64,000 nt of DNA from a virus (IMGVR_UViG_3300021963_000038:32001-96000); one strand, 5' to 3'; positions 29,690 to 38,508 are shown, counted from the stretch's first letter. Translations and numbers: made by a program. Notes: generated from the sequence alone by a model not told the origin.

Positions 29690-29718
29690 TTGCTTTTGTG
29701 AAAAAAGTCCTATATAAT
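29690..29718 (+). promoter_or_regulatory. sigma70-type promoter of the tRNA-like RNA
   Basis: TTGCTT-17 bp-TATAAT about 20 nt upstream of the RNA 5' end. Confidence 0.7.
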
Positions 29719-29738
29719 TATAACATAGTAAAAAATAT

Positions 29739-29807
29739 GCGGTGGGTTGGATAACAAATTGAGGTACCCCCTTAATCAACTTTGTGAAACTCAAAGACAC
29801 CGCTCCA
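29739..29807 (+). tRNA. non-canonical tRNA-Gly(ACC)-like RNA
   Basis: Acceptor GCGGTG/CACCGC plus T73 and encoded CCA; anticodon arm TTGAG-GTACCCC-CTTAA; T-arm CTTTG-TGAAACT-CAAAG; miniature D-arm GTT-GGAT-AAC; 69 nt. Confidence 0.7.
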
Positions 29808-29840
29808 TCTTTCATTAAATCTCCAGTTCAATGAAACCTA

Positions 29841-29875
29841 AAACCCCTATTGCCCAAAGGTGATAGGGGTTTTTT
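29841..29875 (+). terminator. rho-independent terminator after the tRNA-like RNA
   Basis: aaacccctattgcc-caaa-ggtgataggggttt followed by T-tract. Confidence 0.8.
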
Positions 29876-29935
29876 CATTATTGCCACACAGAATTGGATT
29901 TTGTGTTATAATGACAACTTCAATAGGAGATTTTC

Positions 29936-30124
29936 ATGTGTAATGACAATGACTATTCGCATACCCTACTAGAACAGGAAGAAGAACATTTTTATTCCTG
30001 TGTTGCCGATGTTGTGGATGCCTTCAAAATTCATGGTACCGAAAACATCATGCGGGAAGTAAGTAAAAATACTTACATAAATCAAGAGCTTAGAGTGTTG
30101 TTTTCTGGCAACAAGACGGCTTGA
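29936..30124 (+). CDS. hypothetical protein
   Basis: AGGAG RBS and extended -10 (TGTTATAAT) upstream. Confidence 0.55.
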   Translation: MCNDNDYSHTLLEQEEEHFYSCVADVVDAFKIHGTENIMREVSKNTYINQELRVLFSGNKTA

Positions 30125-30149
30125 CATTTCAGACTACCTGTGTTACAAT
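30096..30149 (+). promoter_or_regulatory. TGTTG-N8-CAACA palindrome plus sigma70 promoter
   Basis: Palindrome at 30096-30113, then TTGACA(30121)-17 bp-TACAAT. Confidence 0.7.
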
Positions 30150-30178
30150 GGTCGTATTAAAAGTTAAATAGGTAAACT

Positions 30179-32440
30179 ATGCAAGATTATAGTGTCGAAT
30201 CAAAATCACAATTAGCGAAGTTGCTCGCTACTGAAAACCTGACTATTCAACACCAAAAAATCAGAACCGCAAAATTCGATACAGCGAATCGTGTTCTGTA
30301 TTGTCCAATTTGGGATAATATGACTGGTGATTTGTATGACCTTTTGTTAGGTCACGAAGTTGGTCATGCTTTATATACACCTAAAGATGGATGGCATGAT
30401 GCTGTTTGTGATAAAGGTGAAAATTACAAACGATTCCTTAATGTGATTGAAGATGCTCGCATTGAGAAAAAAGTCAAACGCAAATATCCAGGTATTCGTA
30501 AATCATTTATTAATGGTTATGCTAACCTTTTAGAACGTGATTTTTTCGGCATCAAAAATAAAAATGTAAATGATTTGGCATTTATCGACCGCTTGAACCT
30601 TTATACAAAAGGCGGTACAATGTTGGGTATTGCCTTTGATGAAAAAGAAAAAACATTGCTTGCTAAAGTTGAAGCAGTTGAAACATGGACTGATGTTTTA
30701 AATGTTTGTTCTGAAATTTTTGATTACTCAAAAGATGAACAATCGAAAAAACAAATCTTTTCACCATATGATGATTTTGAAGATTACGAAGATAATTATG
30801 GTGATGATGAAGAAATTGATGATGATTATGATGTTGAAGATTCTGATGAAGAATCAGATGATGAAAAACAAAATGTAAATTCGTCTGATGGTGATGCTGA
30901 AGAAACCGATGAAGAATTGGATGAAAAACAAAATGTCTTAAATCGTGAAAAGAATTCTAAAGCATTGGGTGAAGAAAGTGAAAAATTCGAACCCGATTGT
31001 GTTACTGATGAAGCATTTAGGCAGAATGAAGATAAATTACTTTCAGAAAAATGCCGTGATTTCCGTTACATGAATGTGCCTAAGTTGGTGAATCCCAAAT
31101 CTGTGTATACAGGTTACAAACGTGTTCACGAATTAATGGAAAAACATTTCAAAGAATACAATCCAGTAACTTATACGGATGGTACAGTTGATAAATTGGT
31201 GAAAGAATTCAAATCTCAAAATGAAAGATACATTTCATTATTGGCAAAAGAATTCGAAATGAAGAAGGCTGCAAAATCTTACTCTAAGGCCAAAATCTCC
31301 GATACTGGTGATATTGATATCAATAAACTTTACAAGTATCAAGTTGAAGATAATATCTTCCGTAAAATGACGGTTCTACCAAAAGGTAAATCTCACGGTT
31401 TGGTTTTGTTACTTGATAAATCTGGTTCGATGCGTGATAACATGAGTGGTTCTATCGAACAGATTTTGGTTCTAACCGCATTTTGCCGTAAAGTAAATAT
31501 TCCTTTTACTGTTTACGCTTTTAGTGATTATGACCATGCTCGCCGTATGGATGTAAGTGATGATGTTTTTGATAAAGAAAAAAATGTTGCGGCTTTCAGT
31601 AGAAATTCTGGTGAGATGGAACTAGGAGATGTTTATTTGCGTGAGTATTTGAATTCTACAATGAAAACTTCCGAGTATAATCGTTGTGTTAAGAATATGA
31701 TTTTGCTTGCCAATGCATACAATGTTTCATATAATACTCGCACACATTTTTCAATTCCACCATCAGAAGGTCTTGGTATGACTCCTCTGATTCAATCAAT
31801 CTTTGCAATTCAACCTGCAATCAGTAAATTCAAAGTGAAAAATAATCTTGACATTGTGAATTTAATTGTTGTGCATGATGGTGATGCCGATAGTTGTGGT
31901 TATCATTTGTATTATGATACTCAAAAAGAAAAAATGTCATGGAGTGGTTGGTCCCATGAGCGTGAAAATGTTTTCATTGCTGATAACAGTATTAAGTTTC
32001 AAATGAAATTGAATTCTGAAGTTAAGTATAGTGGTGAAGCATTGCGTGAAGCGGCATTTGAGTGGTTGAAAAAGAAAACTGGTGCTCGCATTTTTGGTTT
32101 CTTTATTACATCAAAAAATCGCCGTAGGTTGTACAATGACATTATGGTGAAATACAGAAATGAAAAAGGTGAATCAGTTAATAAAGGTTATGTTTGCCAT
32201 GAAGTAAAAATGTTGGCAACAAAAGTCAAGAAAGAAAAATTTCTAGAATCGTACAATGCTGGTTACAATCGTTTCTACCTGTTGCCTTCTGGTGAAGATT
32301 TGAAAATTGAAAATGAAGAACTTGAAGTTGATGGTAAATTTACCGCCAACAAATTGAAAAACGCTTTTATGAAATTCAATAAAAGGCGGCAAGTGAATCG
32401 TGTGTTGGTGTCAAAATTCATTGCAGGTATTGCTTCCTAG
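30179..32440 (+). CDS. HEXXH metallopeptidase-like/VWA-domain protein (CobT-like partner)
   Basis: HEVGHAL, NVIEDARIE, acidic linker, LLDKSGSM MIDAS, HDGD. Confidence 0.8.
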   Translation: MQDYSVESKSQLAKLLATENLTIQHQKIRTAKFDTANRVLYCPIWDNMTGDLYDLLLGHEVGHALYTPKDGWHDAVCDKGENYKRFLNVIEDARIEKKVKRKYPGIRKSFINGYANLLERDFFGIKNKNVNDLAFIDRLNLYTKGGTMLGIAFDEKEKTLLAKVEAVETWTDVLNVCSEIFDYSKDEQSKKQIFSPYDDFEDYEDNYGDDEEIDDDYDVEDSDEESDDEKQNVNSSDGDAEETDEELDEKQNVLNREKNSKALGEESEKFEPDCVTDEAFRQNEDKLLSEKCRDFRYMNVPKLVNPKSVYTGYKRVHELMEKHFKEYNPVTYTDGTVDKLVKEFKSQNERYISLLAKEFEMKKAAKSYSKAKISDTGDIDINKLYKYQVEDNIFRKMTVLPKGKSHGLVLLLDKSGSMRDNMSGSIEQILVLTAFCRKVNIPFTVYAFSDYDHARRMDVSDDVFDKEKNVAAFSRNSGEMELGDVYLREYLNSTMKTSEYNRCVKNMILLANAYNVSYNTRTHFSIPPSEGLGMTPLIQSIFAIQPAISKFKVKNNLDIVNLIVVHDGDADSCGYHLYYDTQKEKMSWSGWSHERENVFIADNSIKFQMKLNSEVKYSGEALREAAFEWLKKKTGARIFGFFITSKNRRRLYNDIMVKYRNEKGESVNKGYVCHEVKMLATKVKKEKFLESYNAGYNRFYLLPSGEDLKIENEELEVDGKFTANKLKNAFMKFNKRRQVNRVLVSKFIAGIAS

Positions 32441-32442
32441 TC

Positions 32443-32495
32443 TGTTGTTTTTATGCAACAGACTGGTTGACAATGTGATGGTTTTGTGTTATAAT
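32443..32495 (+). promoter_or_regulatory. TGTTG-N8-CAACA palindrome plus sigma70 promoter
   Basis: Palindrome at 32443-32460, then TTGACA(32467)-17 bp-TATAAT. Confidence 0.75.
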
Positions 32496-32530
32496 GGTGT
32501 TATCTTAGTTGAAATTGGAGTTTTTATATT

Positions 32531-33730
32531 ATGAGTAAGCGTGCCGAAGTGAAAGAAAAATTTATGTCTGCCTTGATTGCTACTGGCAAACAAAATGTTA
32601 CTTTCGAAGAAATTAAACAAATTTGTGATAAAGAAGATATTTCTCATCCTTATTGGTTTACTAATGATGTTGCAAATCGTTTGAAGCGTGGTGTATACAA
32701 AGTACCTTCAACTTCAGCCGTTTCACAATCAACAACAATCGATTTACAAGCTCAGGTGATTCAAATGCCAAAACAAGAAACAAAAACTGGTAATAGAATT
32801 ACTAGCGTCATCACACAACTCGAAACTGAAAATTTAGTTCCATCAGTTTACAAGAATTATGTTCCTTTCGGACACTATGAAGATTTGATTAAAATTATTG
32901 CATCAAATGGATTTTTTCCTATTTTCATTACAGGTAATTCTGGCAATGGCAAAACAATGTCAGTTGAACAGGCTTGTGCTAAACTGAAACGCAAATTCGT
33001 TTGTGTTTCAATGACACCTGAAACCGATGAAAGTGATTTGCTTGGCAATTATGTTTTGATTAATGGTCAAATGGAATGGCGTGATGGTCCCGTTACTGTT
33101 GCGGCTCGTCAAGGTGCTGTTTTGTGTATCGATGAAATTGATTATGGTGCTCAGAACCTTTCTTCTTTGCAACGTGTACTTGAAGGCAAACCTTTCTTGT
33201 TGAAGAAAAAGAATGAGATTGTTTATCCTACTCAAGGTTTTACAATCGTAGCTACTGCCAATACCAAAGGTAAAGGTTCAGAAGATGGTCGTTATATGTT
33301 CACCAATGTATTGAACGAAGCTTTCTTGGAACGATTCTTGAATACCTATGAACAACAATGGCCTCCAGTAAACATTGAGCGTAAAATTCTAAAGAAAGAA
33401 TTGAATGCCGTTGCCAAATCTGACGATGAATTTGCCGAGAAACTTGTTACTTGGGCTGATGTTATTCGTAAAACCTTTGATGATGGCGGTCTTGATGAAG
33501 TGATTTCTACTCGCCGTTTGGTTCACATTATCAAAACTTATGGTGTGTTTGGTGATAAAATGAAATCGATTGAGTTATGCCTGAATCGTTTCGATACCGA
33601 TACCAAAATGTCATTCTTAGATTTGTACACCAAAGTTGATGCGGGTGCAAATACCGAAACTCTGATAGCAGAAACAATGGCTACACCTGAAGTTGATGAA
33701 AAAGATGAAGAAGAAGAACTTCCTTTCTAA
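32531..33730 (+). CDS. CobS/MoxR-like AAA+ ATPase
   Basis: GNSGNGKT, IDEIDY, ATANTKGKG, NEAFLERF, ISTRRL. Confidence 0.88.
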   Translation: MSKRAEVKEKFMSALIATGKQNVTFEEIKQICDKEDISHPYWFTNDVANRLKRGVYKVPSTSAVSQSTTIDLQAQVIQMPKQETKTGNRITSVITQLETENLVPSVYKNYVPFGHYEDLIKIIASNGFFPIFITGNSGNGKTMSVEQACAKLKRKFVCVSMTPETDESDLLGNYVLINGQMEWRDGPVTVAARQGAVLCIDEIDYGAQNLSSLQRVLEGKPFLLKKKNEIVYPTQGFTIVATANTKGKGSEDGRYMFTNVLNEAFLERFLNTYEQQWPPVNIERKILKKELNAVAKSDDEFAEKLVTWADVIRKTFDDGGLDEVISTRRLVHIIKTYGVFGDKMKSIELCLNRFDTDTKMSFLDLYTKVDAGANTETLIAETMATPEVDEKDEEEELPF

Positions 33731-33751
33731 AATTTAATTTGTTCGGCACTT

Positions 33752-33779
33752 GACCCATCGGCAACGATGGGTCTTTTTT
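33752..33779 (+). terminator. rho-independent terminator (GNRA loop)
   Basis: gacccatcg-gcaa-cgatgggtc followed by T-tract. Confidence 0.85.
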
Positions 33780-33800
33780 ACTTATTTACCTGTAAAAGTG

Positions 33801-33829
33801 TTGACTTACTTGTTTCGGTAGTATATAAT
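33801..33829 (+). promoter_or_regulatory. sigma70-type promoter
   Basis: TTGACT-17 bp-TATAAT. Confidence 0.75.
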
Positions 33830-33838
33830 ATGTAAAGA

Positions 33839-33885
33839 ATCTGAGAGTTGAATCACCTCTTTGATACTATTTTAATCGTGATTCG
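33839..33885 (+). promoter_or_regulatory. predicted H-type pseudoknot in 5' UTR
   Basis: S1 33839-47/33857-65 (one mismatch); S2 GAATCAC 33850-56/GTGATTC 33878-84. Confidence 0.5.
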
Positions 33886-33911
33886 TTTTTAAAACTATGG
33901 AGTTTTTTATT

Positions 33912-34184
33912 ATGTCAGCAAAGCAAAAAATCTTATCTTACCTTTCTAAAGAAGGTTCTTACAACACTTTGACCGCAAACAAGATGCAGTCAGTTTTTGG
34001 TGTTGCAAATCCTTCCGCAACCATCAATGAGTTGCGTAACGAAGGTCATGCAATCTACTTGAACACTCGCATCAATGCGAATGGTCAGAAAGTTGCCTTC
34101 TATCGCCTTGGTACTCCTACTAAGCGTATGGTTGCAGCAGGTATTGCCGCAATCCGTTCACAAGGTGAACGTGCATTTGCCTAA
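33912..34184 (+). CDS. winged-HTH DNA-binding protein
   Basis: KQKILSYL..LT...FGVANPSATINELRNEGHAIY...YRLG; GGAG RBS before ATG 33912. Confidence 0.7.
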   Translation: MSAKQKILSYLSKEGSYNTLTANKMQSVFGVANPSATINELRNEGHAIYLNTRINANGQKVAFYRLGTPTKRMVAAGIAAIRSQGERAFA

Positions 34185-34202
34185 TTAGAGGCGAATAGTC
34201 AG

Positions 34203-34242
34203 AAAAGGAGAGATATATATTAGTATCTCTCCTTTTTTTTTA
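34203..34242 (+). terminator. rho-independent terminator
   Basis: aaaaggagagata / tatctctcctttt 13-bp stem followed by long T-tract. Confidence 0.8.
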
Positions 34243-34257
34243 TTTTATGGACACATT

Positions 34258-35073
34258 ATGGAAATTCAAGTAAACGTAGATGATTTGAAGAAACACAAAT
34301 TATTCATTGCTACACCGATGTATGGTGGTATGGCACACGGGCTTTATGTTAAATCATGCCTAGATTTGCAAACTACTATGACACGATATGGTATTGAAAC
34401 TAAATTTTCATTTCTTTTCAATGAATCATTAATTACAAGAGCTCGCAACTATCTTGTTGATGAGTTTCTCCGTACAGATTACACACACCTTTTGTTTATC
34501 GATTCTGATATTCATTACTCACCCCAAGATATTATTGCACTTCTAGCATTAGACAAAGATGTTATTGGTGGACCTTATCCTAAAAAATCAATCAACTGGA
34601 ACAACGTAGCTGAAACTGCCCGTAAACATCCAAACCTAGAACCAAGAGAACTTGAAAACTTGGTTGGTGAATATGTTTTCAACGTAGTTAAAGGTACATC
34701 ACAATTTCAAGTTTCTGAACCACTTCAAGTTATGGAAATTGGAACAGGTCATATGTTAATCAAACGCCATGTGTTCGATAAAATGGCAGAAGCTTATCCT
34801 TTGATTCGTTACAAACCAGACCATGTTGGTCAAGCTAACTTTGATGGTTCACGTTACATTCATGCTTACTTTGATACTGTCATTGACACTAAAGAAAGTA
34901 TGACTGGAGGCGGTTCTGAACGGTACCTATCAGAAGATTATATGTTCTGTCAAATGTGGCGTAAGATTGGTGGAGAAATTTATCTCTGTCCATGGATGCG
35001 TACACAACACATCGGCACATATGCATTTACTGGTAATATGCCAGCTGTAGCTCAGTATACTGGTCGTCTATGA
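34258..35073 (+). CDS. glycosyltransferase-like (GT-A fold) protein
   Basis: IATPMYGG, ESLITRARN, LFIDSDI, YLSEDYMFC. Confidence 0.7.
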   Translation: MEIQVNVDDLKKHKLFIATPMYGGMAHGLYVKSCLDLQTTMTRYGIETKFSFLFNESLITRARNYLVDEFLRTDYTHLLFIDSDIHYSPQDIIALLALDKDVIGGPYPKKSINWNNVAETARKHPNLEPRELENLVGEYVFNVVKGTSQFQVSEPLQVMEIGTGHMLIKRHVFDKMAEAYPLIRYKPDHVGQANFDGSRYIHAYFDTVIDTKESMTGGGSERYLSEDYMFCQMWRKIGGEIYLCPWMRTQHIGTYAFTGNMPAVAQYTGRL

Positions 35074-35681
35074 TTATCGGGCTGGTAGGTTTTATCGGTT
35101 CTGGTAAAGGAACAGTTGGTGACCTCCTTGAGGTTCATGGATTCACCAAAGATAGTTTTGCCAAACCTTTGAAAGATGCCTGCTCAATAATGTTTGGCTG
35201 GCCAAGAGAGTTACTAGAGGGTGATACTGAAGTTTCTCGAAAGTGGCGTGAAGAACCTGATTCTTTTTGGAGTGAAAAATTTGGTTATACTTTCACGCCA
35301 CGATTGGCATTACAGTTGATGGGTACAGAAGCTGGTAGAAATGTATTCCACCAAGATGTTTGGGTTATCTCATTATTGAATCGTGCAAAAGGTAAAGATG
35401 TTGTTGTTACCGATGTTCGATTTAAGAATGAGATAAATTACATTCAACAGAATGGTGGAATAATTGTGCGTGTTAAGCGAGGTGAAGAACCTGAATGGTA
35501 TAAACTCGCAGAAGATGCCTCTGCTGGTTTCTCATCAGCTATTATGGGAATGAAAGACAAAGGCATACACCAGTCGGAATGGGACTGGATTGGTTCTGAT
35601 TTTAATTATACCATAGACAACGATGGTACAGTTAATGAACTAGGCAATAAAGTGAAAGAGCTGTTGCAATTCATTCGTTAA
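35070..35681 (+). CDS. deoxynucleoside monophosphate kinase (gp1-like)
   Basis: GFIGSGKGT, SFAKPLK, TPRLALQLMGTE, TDVRFKNE. Confidence 0.9.
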   Translation: MIIGLVGFIGSGKGTVGDLLEVHGFTKDSFAKPLKDACSIMFGWPRELLEGDTEVSRKWREEPDSFWSEKFGYTFTPRLALQLMGTEAGRNVFHQDVWVISLLNRAKGKDVVVTDVRFKNEINYIQQNGGIIVRVKRGEEPEWYKLAEDASAGFSSAIMGMKDKGIHQSEWDWIGSDFNYTIDNDGTVNELGNKVKELLQFIR

Positions 35682-35692
35682 TGTTGTATAAT
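35664..35692 (+). promoter_or_regulatory. sigma70-type promoter of gp45
   Basis: TTGCAA-17 bp-TATAAT. Confidence 0.6.
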
Positions 35693-35721
35693 GATTTATA
35701 TTATTTTTTTGTGGAGAAATT

Positions 35722-36408
35722 ATGAAACTGTCTAATGACACCTTGAGTGTATTAAAAAACTTTGGTAACATCAATCAAGGTATCTACTTCAAGAAAGGTA
35801 AAGTCCTAAAGACTGTATCTTCTGGTAAGAATATCTTGGCCGAAGTTACCATCAATGAAGAAATTCCTGCCAACTTTGGCGTTTACAACTTAAACGAATT
35901 TCTTTCTGTTGTATCTTTACACAAAGATACTCCATCTTTTGAGTTTACTGAAAAGTCTGCTGTTATCATTGGTAACAAAGGTCGTAGTAAAACCAATTAT
36001 CGTTTCTGTGAACCAACTATGCTTACGGTTCCACCAGAGAAACAACTGCAAATGCCTACACCTGAAATCTCATTTGAGATGACTGCTGAAGATTTTGATT
36101 GGATTTTGCGTAGTGCATCTGTTCTAGGTTCACCACAAATTGCAATTGAATCTGATGGTGAAACAGTTAACATTATTACACTTGATACCTCAAATGATGC
36201 AGCTCATACTGATGCGCTTGAAATTACAAAAGGTAATGGTGATAAGTATCGTATGATTTTTAAGACTGAAAACATCACCAAAGTTTTGGCTGGTGGTTAT
36301 GATGTTCAAATTTCCTCTAAAGGTATTTCACACTTCAAAAACAAGAAAATTGCTTTACAGTATTGGATTACAACTGAGGCTGGTTCTAAGTTTGAAAAGG
36401 CAAAATGA
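35722..36408 (+). CDS. gp45: sliding clamp gp45
   Basis: MKLSNDTLSVLKNF..IN, FGVYNLNEFLS, YWI..E. Confidence 0.93.
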   Translation: MKLSNDTLSVLKNFGNINQGIYFKKGKVLKTVSSGKNILAEVTINEEIPANFGVYNLNEFLSVVSLHKDTPSFEFTEKSAVIIGNKGRSKTNYRFCEPTMLTVPPEKQLQMPTPEISFEMTAEDFDWILRSASVLGSPQIAIESDGETVNIITLDTSNDAAHTDALEITKGNGDKYRMIFKTENITKVLAGGYDVQISSKGISHFKNKKIALQYWITTEAGSKFEKAK

Positions 36409-36596
36409 TGGGTGAAGTAAGAACTTGGGTTGACAAAACAGAATATATTTCTGTATTGAAAAAAGAAATTGAAGTTTTGAAAACCAAATACAAACCACAT
36501 GAAGAAGGTACTGGTCATTTCAATACCGCAATTTCTGTCTTACAATCTCGCATAGAAGAAATTGAAAATGAATTGAACTGGCCATTTCCAAATTAA
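36405..36596 (+). CDS. hypothetical protein
   Basis: 63 aa ORF with ATGA coupling; GTGHFNTAISVL motif. Confidence 0.55.
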   Translation: MMGEVRTWVDKTEYISVLKKEIEVLKTKYKPHEEGTGHFNTAISVLQSRIEEIENELNWPFPN

Positions 36597-36632
36597 TGCG
36601 AATTATATTATATATTATGAAAGAGGTGAATT

Positions 36633-37562
36633 GTGGAACATTTATTGTGGACGGAGAAGTATCGCCCTAAAAATATTGAAGATTGTATTCTTCCTGAACG
36701 CCTAAAGAAACCGTTTCAGGAGTATGTTTCTCAGAAGAACATACCTAATCTTCTACTTACTGGCGGTGCAGGCGTTGGTAAGACTACTGTGGCGAAAGCC
36801 ATGTGTAATGAAATCGGTTGTGATTTTATGGTCATCAATGGTTCTGATGAGAACGGCATTGATATGGTCAGAAACAAAATCACCAACTATGCATCGTCTA
36901 TGTCTTTTGCTGGTGGTCGTAAAGTTATCATCATTGATGAGGCTGACTATCTATCTGCAAATGCTCAGGCGGCATTTAGAAATGCAATTGAAGAATTTGC
37001 AGTCAATTGTTCATTTATCTTCACCTGTAATTTCAAAAACAAAATCATCGAACCATTGCACAGTCGATGTGCCGTTATTGAGTTTGGCCTTAAAGCCTCT
37101 GAGAAGTCATCTATGGCAGGTCAATTCTTTAAACGAATTCAAACGATTCTGGCAACTGAAGAAATCACATATGAAACACCTGTTGTTGCTGAGTTAATCA
37201 AGAAACACTTTCCTGATTTTCGCCGTGTCATTAATGAACTACAACGATTCTCAAAATTTGGTAACATCGATACTGGTGTTCTATCACAGATTGTTGATGT
37301 ATCACTTAGTGATATTATTAAATTTATCAAAGATAAAGATTTTGGTGCAATTCGTAAATGGGTCGCAAGCAATGATGTTGACCCAGCATCACTCTATCGT
37401 AAACTATATGACAACTTGTATGAAGTATTGAAACCTCAATCCATTCCACAAGCAGTTGTTATTCTAGCCGATTATCAATACAAACAGGCATTTGTTGCAG
37501 ACCAAGAAATTAATCTTGTGGCTTGCTTGACTGAATTGATGGTGTCTTTGGAGTTTAAGTGA
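36633..37562 (+). CDS. gp44: clamp loader large subunit gp44
   Basis: WTEKYRP, GVGKTT, IIDEAD, PLHSRC. Confidence 0.95.
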   Translation: MEHLLWTEKYRPKNIEDCILPERLKKPFQEYVSQKNIPNLLLTGGAGVGKTTVAKAMCNEIGCDFMVINGSDENGIDMVRNKITNYASSMSFAGGRKVIIIDEADYLSANAQAAFRNAIEEFAVNCSFIFTCNFKNKIIEPLHSRCAVIEFGLKASEKSSMAGQFFKRIQTILATEEITYETPVVAELIKKHFPDFRRVINELQRFSKFGNIDTGVLSQIVDVSLSDIIKFIKDKDFGAIRKWVASNDVDPASLYRKLYDNLYEVLKPQSIPQAVVILADYQYKQAFVADQEINLVACLTELMVSLEFK

Positions 37563-37843
37563 TTAAAATCTTTACACCAACCATAGAATGGATTCGTAAT
37601 GACTATGCTAGTAATCGTTTTCGCTTTTGTGTTGAGTTGTTTGCTTGGTTTATATCTATCGGGTGTAGCATTACGATGGCGGCCACAGTACCACATCCAC
37701 CCCTACTTGTTCTCTATCCTATATGGATTACTGGTTGCATTTTGTACGCTTGGGCTGCTTATACTAGGAAATCTTTTGGGATGTTGGCTAACTATGTCTT
37801 GTTGACTACAATTGATACAATTGGCCTAGTGAGAATGTTATGA
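37559..37843 (+). CDS. small membrane protein
   Basis: About 3 hydrophobic segments; GTGA overlap with gp44. Confidence 0.6.
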   Translation: MIKIFTPTIEWIRNDYASNRFRFCVELFAWFISIGCSITMAATVPHPPLLVLYPIWITGCILYAWAAYTRKSFGMLANYVLLTTIDTIGLVRML

Positions 37844-38508
37844 TTATTGATGAGAGAAACCTAGATGAGAAAGCTCTATTCAATAATCCAATTTACTTGT
37901 TGACTGGTGATTTTGAAACGGCTAAGTTCTTTAGTTGTCTTGCATCAGCGTGTTGTAAATTCGGTTACTTTGTAGAGAAAGCAATCAAAGAACATTTCAA
38001 ATATACATACATTAAACAAACAGAAATAGGTGTTACAAATACAGGAAAGTTTTTGTTACAGAAACCTAAGTTTGGTGCAGAAGTGCCAGACTATGTGTTA
38101 GTTGATGAAGATACAAAAACAATCTATGTTTATGAATTGAAGATTAATCTCAGAAACATGGACTCAAAGAAGGCACATGGAGAGAAAGCCAAATATCAAA
38201 GATTGAAGTTACACTTGGAAGAAATACATCCAGAATATGAAACTAAAATCTTTGTTGTCAATTTTTTAGGTGCGTCTGGTAGAAATGTTGGTTTGTATGA
38301 AGGACTAGACTACCTAAAGATAGTATCAGGTGAACAGTTCTGTGAAATGATGGATGTATCTTTTGCCTTGGTTATGGATAAAATACATTCCTCACGAAGT
38401 GAAAATCAGCAGTTTTTATTAGACTATAAACAGAAAAAGTTGGAAGAAGTAAAAGAACCACAGTTCCAACAACAAAATACATTGGTGCAATTTTATGAAT
38501 CCGTTTGA
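37840..38508 (+). CDS. putative PD-(D/E)XK nuclease
   Basis: VPDYVLVDE...IYVYELK motif. Confidence 0.5.
   Translation: MIIDERNLDEKALFNNPIYLLTGDFETAKFFSCLASACCKFGYFVEKAIKEHFKYTYIKQTEIGVTNTGKFLLQKPKFGAEVPDYVLVDEDTKTIYVYELKINLRNMDSKKAHGEKAKYQRLKLHLEEIHPEYETKIFVVNFLGASGRNVGLYEGLDYLKIVSGEQFCEMMDVSFALVMDKIHSSRSENQQFLLDYKQKKLEEVKEPQFQQQNTLVQFYESV

Noticed and set aside
29591-29815. Minus-strand 74-aa ORF over the tRNA-like RNA
   Set aside because: No recognisable motifs; the region is better explained by the + strand promoter-RNA-terminator unit
32531-33730. Cobalamin biosynthesis (cobS) auxiliary gene
   Set aside because: No cobN or other cob genes; generic MoxR AAA/VWA pairing
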